From Octopus vulgaris (taxonomy: Eukaryota): 64,000 nucleotides of DNA. Below, in pieces: positions 52,408-64,000 of the stretch. Position numbers and translations under genes: made by a program. The first letter of the stretch is position 1. The number at the start of each line of letters is the position of its first letter. The notes beneath the pieces are model-generated. The model saw nothing but the letters and a program-made list of their open reading frames with translations. It had not been told where the DNA came from and ran no database searches. The DNA lies in NCBI GenBank assembly GCA_951406725.2, contig OX597822.1, positions 45,756,001 through 45,820,000 of the forward strand, written 5' to 3'.

Positions 52408-55213
52408 GGTGGTGAGCTGGCAGACTTGTTAGCATGCTGGACAAAATGCTTAGTTGTATTTCACTGTTGCTATGTTCTTAGTCAAATTCTGCTGAGTTTG
52501 ACTTGCTTTTTCATTCTTTCTTGGAGTCAGTTGAGCTCTAGGGTCAATGTAATCAACTTACCCACTGCCCCCAATTTAAAGCCATTATTGTTGTTGTTGT
52601 TATTATTATTATTATTATTATTATTAGTAGTAGTTGTAGTAGTCATCATCAACTGATAAAGAAAGAAAATTGAAGAACCCATCCTAACTCCCTCCCTGCC
52701 AAGAAGCAGTAACAAACAGTTGTTGGAGGGGAAAGGAACAATGTACATTAAAAGATGTCTGCTGCCTCAGGCATCTACACACGCACACACACACAAATAG
52801 ATAGATATAGATATAGACATGCAATCTAGAACATTTGAAGCTGGAGGCAAGCTCTACATCGCTCTGACACTTACTTACACACACACACACACTCTCTCTC
52901 TCTGTCTCTCTGACATACGTACATGCATGTGTGTGTCATTGTGTGTGTGTATGTGTGTGTATTATATTTCTGTCTCTTGTCTTACTGTGTATTAGTGCTT
53001 GTGTGTTTGTTTTGTATTGTGTGTGTGTGTGGTTGACCTTCAATTTTTGATGGAAATGAAAAAGAAAAAAAGAAAAGCAAGGGGGCAGGGTCCAGGCTGG
53101 GAGTGTATAAGACTGTTCAAGATACAACCATCACCACTTGGGTTGGTATGGTTAGAGAGGAGGAGAGAATGATGATGATGATCAACGGTGGTGGTGGTGG
53201 TGGTGGTGTTTTACCTTCAACTCTTGTCTGGTGTACAGAAGAATGGCATAGAAAATAATAATAATAATACTCTCTATTATTTGCCACAAGGGTAGAAACA
53301 TTACAAGGACAAATTACAAAAACAAGATTTTGGTGGTGGTGGTGGTGGTACAGAGGTTTACATAGAATTATTGAGTACAAGAAAATAGGTACGATGAGTC
53401 ACAAAAATGATGTGAACTATTCCAATAATTGGGACAGCTCATGAGAAGAAGCCCGTAATAATAATAATGATAATAATACTTTCATTAACCACAAGGGCTT
53501 ACATTAAGAATATCGTTATGGACAGTACAGGACAAAACAAAGAATGTGTGTTGTAAGTGTTTTGCATGTAAACAAGATCAACAAGTGGTTGTGTGGTAAG
53601 TAGCTTGCTTCCCAACCGCATGGTTCTGGGTTCAGTCCCACTGTATGTCATCTTGGGCAAGCGTCTTCTACTATAGCCTCAGGCCAATCAAAGCCTTGTG
53701 AGTGGATTTGGTAGACAAAAACAGAAAGGTCATTATATATAATATATATATATATGTGTTTGTGTATCTGTGTTTGTCCCCACACCATTGCTTGACAATC
53801 GATGCTGGTGTGTTTACATCCCCGTAACTTAGCGGTTCAGCAAAAGGGGACCGATAGAATAAGTACTATGCTAAGTAAGAATAAGTCCTGCAGTCGAGTT
53901 AGGGTTAGACAAAAGACAATGCTCCAGCATGGCTGCAGTCAAATTGCTGAAACAAAAAAAATAGAATGTGTGATCCGCAATAGGGAGGAGACGTTTGAGG
54001 ACTACCCATGGAAAAACCCCATAAAAAAAAAACCATGGGTACCCTGACTTGGGGGCAGGTGCTTTCTTTTCAGCTATAGGCATATGCCCATTCACCTGCA
54101 CCATTCTCGCCACTTTCATCCACCTTTTGCCAAATTGGCTATAAGACAATATTTACCTCTCTACCCGTATTTTCCTTTTCAAGTGAAACTGGATGAAATT
54201 GAACAGGGATTTTCTACAACAGGCACAAGTTTTGAAATTTTGTTGGGTGGGGATAACTGATTACATCAATCCCCAGTATTCAACTTGTATTTATTTTACT
54301 GACCCCAAAAGGATGAAAATTAAAGTTGACCTCAGTCGAATTTGAACTCAGAACGTAAAGACAGATGAAATGCCTGCTAAGCATTTTGCCTGGTATGCTA
54401 ACCATTCTGCCAACTTGATATCTTTAATAATAATAATAATCTTTTCTTTATTGACCACAAGGGCCAAACACAAAACAAATAGGGATGATATGACACAAGG
54501 AACAAGTGGGGTTAAGCACAATATTTGTGTACAAAATAAATAACAAAACAATTAACAAAATTCCCCTAAAAAGCAGGGAGTTTCTCTCGGTGGGGGGGGG
54601 GCAACCAAGGAACCCCATACATCTTGATCACTCCGACTGCCAAACAGCCACCTCTCCCTCTCTCGACTCCTCCAGCCTACAAGTACATGTTCAGAGTAGT
54701 CCCATTCACATGGGCCACCCTCGCCACATTCACTCACCTTTCAACAAAAATACTGGGAGGCAGCACTTCTCTCTCCACCCCCTACTTTCCTTTTCAAGTG
54801 AAACTTCAAAAAGTCAATAAGGGCTTGACCAAGGAGGAAAGTATCTGTCTTCAGCCGTTTGAATAATAATGCCACATATTTGCTATATAATAATAATAAT
54901 GATGATGATAATAATAATAGAAGTAATCCTTTCTACTAAAGGCACAAGGCCTGAAATTTCAGGGAGAGGACAAGTCGATTACATCAACCACAGTGTTTTA
55001 CTGGTACTTAATTTATTGACCCAGAAAGGTTGAAACACAAAGTTGACCTCGGCGGAATTTGAACTCAGAACATAACAGCAAACAAAATACTGCTAAGTAA
55101 TTTCACCTGGCATGCTAACGATTCTGCCAGCTCACTGCCTTGTATAATAATAATAATAATAATAATAATAATTAATTCTGGTTTATTGGCCACAAAGGCT
55201 AACAAAAATCAAG

Positions 55214-55555
55214 AAGGTGGAGGTATTGTTTTCAGTCGCATTTGTTTGTTTGTGGACAAAATATCTCAAGAACTGCTGGATGGATTTGGATGAAACTTTC
55301 AGGGATGTTTGGCCTCATGACTGGCACGAACTGATTAGATTTTAGGATCAATCCGGTACTGGAGAAGGATTCTGGATTATTTTCCCTGTTTATTTACTTA
55401 ATTTTTGAGAGCGGTCAGGTTCATTTTTAGCATTCTCATTTATGAGAGCATTCGAGTTTATTTCAGATATTCCCATTTTAAAAATCATCTCTGGCTAATC
55501 ATCGAGAGGACGTTGGTGTTGCCTTGGCGGAGGTTTGCACTCTCTGAGTGCTCTT
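55214..55555 (+). mobile_element. DINE-1/HINE-like element, copy 3 (5' clipped)
   Basis: Matches 21453-21824; ends CCTTGGCGGAGGTTTGCACTCtctGAGTGCTCTT. Confidence 0.65.
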
Positions 55556-55702
55556 GTTATCAGTATTATTATTATTAACATAGACAGAAGGCCAATCAGT
55601 CTTAGGAAGGGGTGAGTATGTGGTGTGGGGGGTTAGTTAATTAGATCAACAACATCCTGCCTTTCACCCCACCCACCCACAAGACTTACCTTGTGGATTA
55701 TT

Positions 55703-56353
55703 GGATCTTTTCAAATTTGTGGCCAGGACCCCAGATCTTTCTAGTTAACTAAATAATTTGAAACTTTGTGTACTCATAGAGTGGAACTAGTTTATTCGCC
55801 AGTTGGAACTAGTTTATTTGAGAAAAATCTATTTTATGACTTTAATCGTAGATTAAAACTGCGAATTTTAACCAATGAGATTGCTTGTTTTCATATCTAA
55901 AACGTTACTGCGATCTGTTAGTGTGACGTTGAAAGCAGTTTTGTGACGTCTGCTATTTCTAAAAGCTTTTGTGTGTGGTAAAGTAATTTTTTTACTTTAC
56001 CATATTTTTATAAATTATATCGGAGAATCCATATTTTTATAACATATATCGGAGAATCCATGTGATTTTTCGTTGTTTTTCTCTTATACGTATGTGAATT
56101 ATTTCTGAGTATGCATTGTCTGGGAGACTTTTTCTTGCAGTTGAGAAATTTTTGGCTGCTATTTCTAAAAAGCTCGGTGTGTGGTTAAGTAATTTTTTTA
56201 CTTTACCATATTTTTATAAATTAATATATAGCCGAAATTTGCTATGATGATTCGGTGTCTGACTGAAGATTGAAGGCTTCGAATGATTTGTCTGTGTTCC
56301 GTGTTCGTCCCTTCCTGTATTTCACGTTCTTTATATATAAAAACATTTATTCT

Positions 56354-56384
<31 letters not shown>

Positions 56385-57024
56385 TTTTTACTCGGTGTAT
56401 GTGTATATGTATGTCTGCATGTGTGTGTGTATGTATGTGTGTGTGTGTGTGTGTAAGTATGTGTAAAAAATTACATTGAATCGGCCATACATACATACAT
56501 ACATACATACACATACACAGATACATACACACATACATTCAGGCATATACACATACACCGAGTAAAAAATTTCAGTTATCTCTCTCTTTCACACATTACT
56601 CTCTCTGTCTCTTCACACACACACTAACAGAAGCACTTCACTTACACAACATACTGTCTCCCACACCCCATCAAACACACACACACACACACATGTACAT
56701 CAATGCTTCCAATGCACGGTAACTTCAAAGACAAACTTTTGTTATTAGAAGGTGGCTGACTATAGCTTGTTTACATTTAAGATGTTTAATACGTCACGAA
56801 ATTGGTGGTCGAGACGGAGTAAATAAAATAAAGCCGAATGACGGAATATCATTGGTTAAAATTCTAATTATTAAACAACGTTAAACTTAGAAGTTACAAT
56901 TCCGTATTCATTCTGGTTTACAATTAAGTTTACTTTTGACACATTCTACCAGTATACGAAGTTTCAAATTGTTTGGTTCAGTAGGAAAAATTTGAAAAAA
57001 CTGGCTTCAGAATAGAAAAGATCC
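55703..57024. mobile_element. Non-autonomous DNA transposon, Merlin-like
   Basis: Exact 8-bp TSD GGATTATT (55695-55702, 57025-57032); termini GGATCTTTTC / GAAAAGATCC; degenerate TIR of about 85 bp. Confidence 0.8.
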
Positions 57025-57654
57025 GGATTATTTTTGCTGGCATCATTTCGTAATAATTCTTGTTGTTTTCATTATTACTGCCATCGCCATAATGGTCATC
57101 ATTTTTGACACCATCCTTGTGGCATCCACCATCATAACTTGTCATCCATCACTTCCGCCAGCTCCACCTTCAAATCCCACTGTTATTGTCACCACCACCA
57201 CTGCCATCATCATCATCATCAGTTGGAGGCTTTAGAAGGACATATGGAGCAAGAAACCCAGATGTAGATAGATACAGCCTCCATAACCACAACCAGTCAG
57301 GACGAATATAGTGGTGATGGTGGTGGTGGTGATGATAATGAGGGGATTGTGGTTGTGATGATGGTTGTGTTAGTATATGATAGTAGCAGTTTGGTGTTGG
57401 TGGGAGTGGGTCGTGGCTATTACCACCACCATCACCTCTGCTACCTTCATCAACAAAATATAGCAGAGAATGTTCTATATCACACACACCAATAAATAAA
57501 AATGAAACAACTTTGCTTAGAGTTATAGACAAAAAAGAAAAATCTCATCTCTAAAGTCTCTGAGGGACTCATACCTACCTTCACTCACCCTCTCTCTCTC
57601 ACACTCACTCAGTTCCTCTCATTCATCTACAATCACAGCCTTTCACACACTCCC

Positions 57655-57886
57655 TTAACCCTTCTTATAACAACCTGCCTGAGACCAGCCCTGGTTCTGT
57701 GATACAAACTTCCTGTTCTAAAGTGACCTAAATTTAAACAGTCCATCAAAATTTCATGCTAATTTGTGTTCCAAATGCCAGATTAATAACCACAGGGTTA
57801 CTTTACTAAATTCTCTGCTGTTTCCAAAAATGAATTGAAACAAAAGACAGTATATTTCAACAGAAATATAGTTATGAAAGGGTTAA
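57655..57886. mobile_element. piggyBac-type MITE (family of 2715-2929)
   Basis: TTAA-CCCTTC ... GAAAGGG-TTAA. Confidence 0.8.
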
Positions 57887-59066
57887 GCAAACAAACCCAG
57901 ACATAACAGTAGCACCTAATATTTTGGTGGTCTGGCATGTTTGAAGTATCACATTACATGAAAACACTAGGAGCTTTATATATATGTGTGTGTGTATGTA
58001 TGTATGTATGTATGTATGTATATATATATATATATATATATATACAGAGAGAGAGACAGACAGACAGTATAGACAGAGGCAGATAGATAGACAGACAGAC
58101 AAATAATACAGACAGACAGATAATATAGATAGACAGATAGTATAGTATATAGATGGATAGCATAGATAGCTAGATAGGTAGGTAATTATATGGCATATTT
58201 ATCCATACATATATCTTCTGCCTGTTGTAGTCATTAGATTGTGGCCATGCTGGAGCACTGACTTGAGGAATTTTAGTCAAACAAATCAACCCCAGGACTT
58301 CATTTTTTAAATCCTGGTACTTATTCTTTTGGTTCCTTTTTGCCAAACCACTCAGTCACAGGGACATAAACACACCAACACCAGTTGTTGAGCAGTGGTG
58401 GGGGCCAAATAAAGACACACACATAGATATATATACAACAGGATTCTTTCAGTTTCCGTCTACCAAATCCACTCACAAGGCTTTGGTCGGCCTAAAGCTA
58501 TAGTAGAAGACACTTGCCCAAGGTGCCACGCAGTAGGACTGAACCTAGTACCATGTGGTTGCAAAACAAACTTCTTACTACACAGCCTCTTACATACACA
58601 CACACACACACACACACATCATCATCGTCGCGTGTGTGTGTGTGTTTTACATTTTGCCTTGGTTTCTACTGTCAGATGCCCTTCCTAATGCCAACCACTC
58701 CAAAGAGTGTATGAGTGCCTTTGATGTATCACTGGCACATGTGCCAGGCAATATGAGGTTCTTGAGAAGACCCCTCCGCCACTTCTTCTCACTTCAGTGA
58801 AACAGTTTTAGAAGCACTATGTGTTCCACCCATATGTAACAATAAATTTTTTCACACACTCTACCTCAGCGTTTCTCAACTGGGATTCTGCAAAAGGTTC
58901 CTACAGGTTCCGCGAGAAAGAGTGAGATAAGCTAATGCTAATTTCATGATTGTAATATCACTATACATGTACAACATATTATTGGTTATTGTAATATTGA
59001 CATCATCCTATCTAACCTATTATGTTATCAAAAAATATAACAACCATATATATATATATATATATA

Positions 59067-61050
59067 TCATCATCATCGTTTAACGTCCATTTTCCTTGCT
59101 AGCATGGGTTGGACGGTTCGACCGGGGTCTTGGAAGCCAGGAGGCTGCACCAGGCTCCAGTCTGATCTGGCAGTGTTTCAACAGCTGGATGCCCTTCCTA
59201 ATGCCAACCACTCCGTGAGTGTAGTGGGTGCTTTTTACGTGCCACCGGCACAGGTATCACAACTACAGTTTCCATTTGATTTTTGATGTTGATGTACTTG
59301 ACTCAATAGGTCTCCTCAAGCACAGCAGGTTGTCCTACGATCCAAGGTAAGCACAGCAGGCCGTCCTGCAATCTAAGGCACTTTGGATGGGCTGGCGCTT
59401 CTATGTGAAGCTGGTGCAGGAAACGGCCATGAACTCATGTTATTTGTCGGGTCTTCGCAGTCACAGCATATCTCCAGAGGTCTTGGTCTTTCATCATTGC
59501 CTCTGTGAGACCCAATGTTCAAAGGTCATGCTTGACCACATCATCCCATGTCTTTCTGGGTCTACCTCTACCCCGGATTCCTTCAACTGTTTGGAAGTGG
59601 CACTTCTTCACACATCTTTCTTCATCCATCTGTAGTACATGACCATACCAGCGCAGTCATCTCTCTTGCACACCACATCCAATGCTTCTTATGTCCAGCA
59701 TTTCTCTCAGGGCACTTACATTCTGTCGTGTGTGCACACTGACATTACACATCCAGCAGATTGTGCTAGCTTCATTTCTTTCAAGCCTACACATGTCCTC
59801 TGCAGTCAGAGCCCATGTTTCACTACTGTGAAGCATGGTAGTTCACACACATGCGTCGTACAATCTACCTTTCACTCTGAGTGAGAGACCCTTTGTCACC
59901 AGTAGAGGTAGGAGCGTTCTAAACTTTGCCCAGACTATTTTATTCTAGTGGTAACACTCTCTGAGCATCCACCCCCACTATTAACTTGATCACCTAGGTA
60001 GCGGAAACTATCAACTACTTCTAGTTTCTCCCCCAGGAGTGTAAAGGAATCTGTTTTCTGAGTATCAATGGTGTCTATTGCCTCTGTGCATCTGCTGCAC
60101 ATGAAAGCTATCTTCTCGGTTAATTTTCCTTTGATGTTGCTGCACCTCTCATATGTCCATAGCTTACACTGGGTACATCTTATGGAGTTTCTACATACAC
60201 CTTTTCTACAGATCGAGCAGGACCACCTACCTGAAGTGGGGTGTGGTGTGTTTGCCTTCTTACTTACTAGAACTTTGGTCTTTGTTACATTTCCTCTAAG
60301 GCCTTTTGATTCTAAACCTAGCTTCCACACCCGAAATTTCTTTTCTAATTCCGGTAGTGATTCTGCTATGAGGGCCAGGTCATCAGCATAGAGTAGCTCC
60401 CAGGGGCAACCTGTCTTGAATTCCTCTGTTATTGCCTGGAAGACTATGATGAATAAAAGGAGACTGAGGGCTGAACCTTGGTGGACCCCTACTTCTACCC
60501 GGAACTCTTCACTATACTCCTTGCCAATCCTAACCTTGCTGACAGCCTCTCTGTATAGGGCCTGTACAGCCCTTATTAACCATTCGTCAATCTCCAGTTT
60601 CCACATCGCCCACCAGATAAGGGATCGGGGGACCCTGTCAAAGGCTTTCTCCAAGTCCACGAAAGCTATGTAGAGGGTTTTATTTTTAGCTAGGTATTTC
60701 TCCTGCAGTTGTCAAACCAAGAATATGGCATCAGTGGTGCTTCTACCCAGCACAAAACCAAACTGCATCTCATCTAAGCAGACTCTCTCCCTAATGAGAT
60801 GGGCTATGACCCTCTCTGTGACCTTCATCACCTGATCCAACAGTTTAATACCCCTGTAGTTATTTCTATCTAGAGCATCACCTTTACCCTTGTAGCAGTT
60901 GACTATGGTGCTGCTATGCCAATCATTGGGTATGACTCCATTATGAACTACCTGGTTTACAATGCGAGTGACTAGGCCTTAGTCCACACCACCAGATGTT
61001 TTAAGGATCCCAGCAGTGATTCCTGATGGGCTGGGGGCTTTTCCTGGTTT
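59067..61050 (-). mobile_element. 5'-truncated RTE LINE (RT, C-terminus, 3' UTR, (GAT)n tail)
   Basis: PGKAPSPSGI...NYRGIKLL...AFVDLEKAFDRVP...GVHQGSALS...CPWELLYADDL...VDSFRYLG; in-frame stops present. Confidence 0.92.
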
Positions 61051-61080
61051 CATATATATATATGTATATATATATATATA

Positions 61081-61381
61081 TCGCCGTGACCGACCAGGCT
61101 ATCAGATGTTGCTACACATCGCTGGTCACAATGCACTCCGCATTGTTTTAGCCTTCAAACAACAGCACCCCGCTGGCTAAGCGAGCAGGCCAACAGAAGA
61201 AAGAGTGAGAGAAAGTTGTGGTGAAAGAGTACAGCAGGGATTGCCACCACCCTCCTGTCGGAGCCTCGTTGAGTTTTAGGTGTTTTCACTCAATAAACAC
61301 TCACAACGCCCGGTCTGGGAATCGAATCCACAATTCTACGACCACGAGTCCGCTGCCCTGACCACTGGGCCATTGCACCTC

Positions 61382-61382
<1 letters not shown>
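61081..61382 (-). mobile_element. tRNA-derived SINE family C
   Basis: Minus-strand head GGAGGTGCAATGGCCCAGTGGTCAGGGCAGCGGACTCG...GGATTCGATTCCCAGACCGGG with A and B boxes. Confidence 0.7.
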
Positions 61383-61413
<31 letters not shown>

Positions 61414-61889
61414 GATATATATTTACCACATGGACTACAATGAAAATTATATGAGGAAGATATTGTGCAGGGGTTCCTTGAGACGTGTAATTTATTTTAA
61501 GGGTTATGTAAGGGTAAAAGGTTGAGAAACACTGCTCTACTGCAGTGGACCAAACTGCATCTCTTGTCATCCTCACATTTCCTCTTTTTTGTGTTCTATG
61601 CTTATGCTTACTTCTCACTCCCCAATCCTGTCCTCACTGCCCTGCTCACTGTATCATTGGTATTCTGTTGTCGCCCCCTCTTCCTCACCCAAGGTGCCAC
61701 CCAGTGGGAAGGAGCCTGTCAAGAAGTAAATGTCTTAACCACACTGTCATGCTTGCATGCACACAAAAGACTTGTCTGCATCTCTCAATCCATATTCTTT
61801 CAAAAAGCATTGATCATTAGAAGATGCTTGTCCAAGGGGCCATGCTTTGGGACCAAACTTAGAAACATGGTTATGTGTGTGCCTATTTC

Positions 61890-62094
61890 TTTTACTTTTA
61901 TTTGTTTCAGTCATTTGACTGTGGCCATGCTGGAGCACTGCCTTTGGTTGGGCAAATCGACCCCAGGACTTATTCTTTGTAAGCCTAGTACTTATTATAT
62001 CGGTCTCTTTTGCCGAAACGTTAAGTTACGGGGGATGTAAACACACCAGCATCAGTTGTCAAGCGATGTTGGGGGACAAACACAGACATACAAA

Positions 62095-62152
<58 letters not shown>

Positions 62153-62315
62153 TACGATGGGCTTCTTTCAGTTTCCGTCTACCAAACCCACTCACAAGGC
62201 TTTGGTCATCCCAAGGCTATAATAGAAGACACTTGCCCAAGGTGTCACACAGTGGGACTGAACCCATAACCATGTGGTTGGTAAGCAAGCTACTTACCAC
62301 ACAGCCACTCCTGCA
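61890..62315 (-). mobile_element. SINE family A, full-length copy
   Basis: Matches 1228-1690. Confidence 0.85.
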
Positions 62316-62557
62316 CCAATATTTACATTGTTTTGAATTCATCAAGCATTATCTTGTGGCTTTGAGATTTGAATGATGTGATTGTTTATTTTTAGAATGG
62401 CATTGTAGGGTAGGTATAAAAGGTTGGACCTGGCAAGTTTGAACTTAAACAGGTAGAATATTTGGGCCAGATATGGCTGGTTTAAATGAGTTGTGTAAAT
62501 ATGTTGGACTACAAGTGCTTATCTCTCTTCTCACTTTGTCTCTGTTGCACCTTACAG

Positions 62558-62691
62558 GACCAGACATACAGCTACTTGCAAGTTGCTGAGCTTGACTATG
62601 ACAACATGCAGATCCTACACAATGCCAGACTGAAGCCATCCATAGCTTTTGCACCAATGCCTGATGACATATCTGCATACAAGCTGCATAA
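62558..62691 (+). CDS. Exon of an unidentified host gene (134 nt, phase 0/2)
   Basis: Pyrimidine tract ...TGTTGCACCTTACAG, donor AA|GTAAGT; DQTYSYLQVAELDYDNMQILHNARLKPSIAFAPMPDDISAYKLH; phase-compatible with 49562-49690. Confidence 0.65.
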
Positions 62692-62980
62692 GTAAGTCCC
62701 TTCTTTTTCACTTTACTGTCATCATCATCATTATCATTTTCATTTTACATCTGTTTTCCATGCTGGCATGGGTTGGACTGGTCATCTCATGGTTGGTCAT
62801 TTCTTATCGGTTTATGTGTGTCATTTGGCTTAGTTTCCATAGCTGGATACATTCCCTGTCATCAAACAGTTTCCAGAGTAAACATGGTTCATTTTGTCAT
62901 GGCACCAAGTTGACTATGTCTCAGAATTAAATAGACTTGAAACAATTTCACAACTCAGTGCTTTTCTGCTTATTTGATTA

Positions 62981-64000
62981 CACTGGTTTACAAAAATTTG
63001 TTTTTGCTCTGAGGTAAAGATGCGAATAGGTGGGTTTTTTTTTACTAATTTTGATGTGGTGTGTTCAATTTTCTGAACAGTTTTGCTCTATCACCTCTAG
63101 ATTTTTTTTTGTTTTCACATATCTCATTTTAATTATAAATTTGCATATAAATTCAAAATATGTTTATTTCATGTTATAAAGGCATATTGCAGAAAAAAAA
63201 CAACATAGATACAGAACATTGATAGAAGTAAATTGGATAATACAAGACACACAAATCATAGTACAGCAGACAGTTGGAAGTGTTTGGGGTGGGGGGATGA
63301 TCTTGTGTACTTTGCCTCTGGGATGTCACGCAAGAGCATCCTGCAAAAGTCCCCCATCATGCTGGGGTTCCACTTGCCTCGGTAGTTGCTCTCCATTTTA
63401 GTGATATCTTAGTGAAACCTTTCTCCATGCTCATCCCTCACTGCTCCAAGCTTTGGAAGGAAGAGGTTAAGGTGGGAGTGGAGAAAGTGAATTTTGAGTG
63501 ACATTCAGCTTCTGATATCCTCATAAGACTGTAACAATTTCTTGATATACTCTTAGCAATCTAGTACCCATTTGTTACCAAGAAACCATGGCAGACTGAC
63601 TTAAATGCTTCCCATGCTCTCAGTCTCTTAAAGGTAAGAACCTCCTCAAAGTTCTTATCCTTCAGCACCTCTCTGATCTGAGGTCCAACAAAGATGCCCT
63701 CCTTGAGCTTAGCAGAACTCAAAGCTTGGAACAGAGTGTTGGAAGGCAATGCCATTTTCATCCATGGCTTTCTCGAAATTCTTCATTAAACCAAGTTTGA
63801 TATGAAGAGGAGGAAGAAGCACTTTATTCATGTCCACCAGTGGATTTTCATGGACACTGTGTTCACTAGGCATGAAAGTGCTCTTAGATTCCCTGTGCTT
63901 CTGCTTGTAGTGCTTGGACACAGCCCAACTGTCTCAGAGCTTGCATACCAATAAGGAGCCCAATGACCTCAAGTCCCCACAAACTCCACTGGTGCTGGTT
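62981..64000 (-). mobile_element. Chapaev3 (CMC) transposon 3' part, decayed transposase
   Basis: VLLPPLHIKLGLMKNF...AKLKEGIFVGPQIR...MSLKIHFLHSHL...EHGE; terminus CACTG preceded by TTA (TWA TSD type). Confidence 0.8.

Larger units (their letters stand above)
58867..61534. mobile_element. hAT (Charlie-like) MITE hosting a nested LINE and SINE
   Basis: TIRs CAGCGTTTCTCAAC / GTTGAGAAACACTG; flanks CTCTACCT / CTCTACTG. Confidence 0.7.

Noticed and set aside
56258-56295. CTGAAGA...GAAT motif
   Set aside because: Incomplete core and no supporting stems.

Overview
AT-rich, repeat-saturated animal DNA. The SINE families and microsatellite load resemble an Octopus/cephalopod genome (inferred from family resemblance, not searched). 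The window is probably intronic: two clean + strand exons of an unidentified gene are visible (49562-49690, 62558-62691). Most track ORFs are microsatellite or SINE artefacts. Real protein remnants come from Penelope-like elements (PLEs), RTE and R4/Dong LINEs, a Helitron helicase, and Tc1/mariner and Chapaev3 transposases. The main signal is RNA structure: four near-complete and three decayed or partial type I hammerhead ribozyme (HHR) motifs sit in PLE-like ends. Three copies, from two repeat families, of an apparently NON-circularly permuted (pseudoknotted) hammerhead occur at 8675-8737, 9227-9288 and 13535-13600, with compensatory changes in stem III. All folds were done by eye. Repeat boundaries are approximate unless a TSD is quoted.
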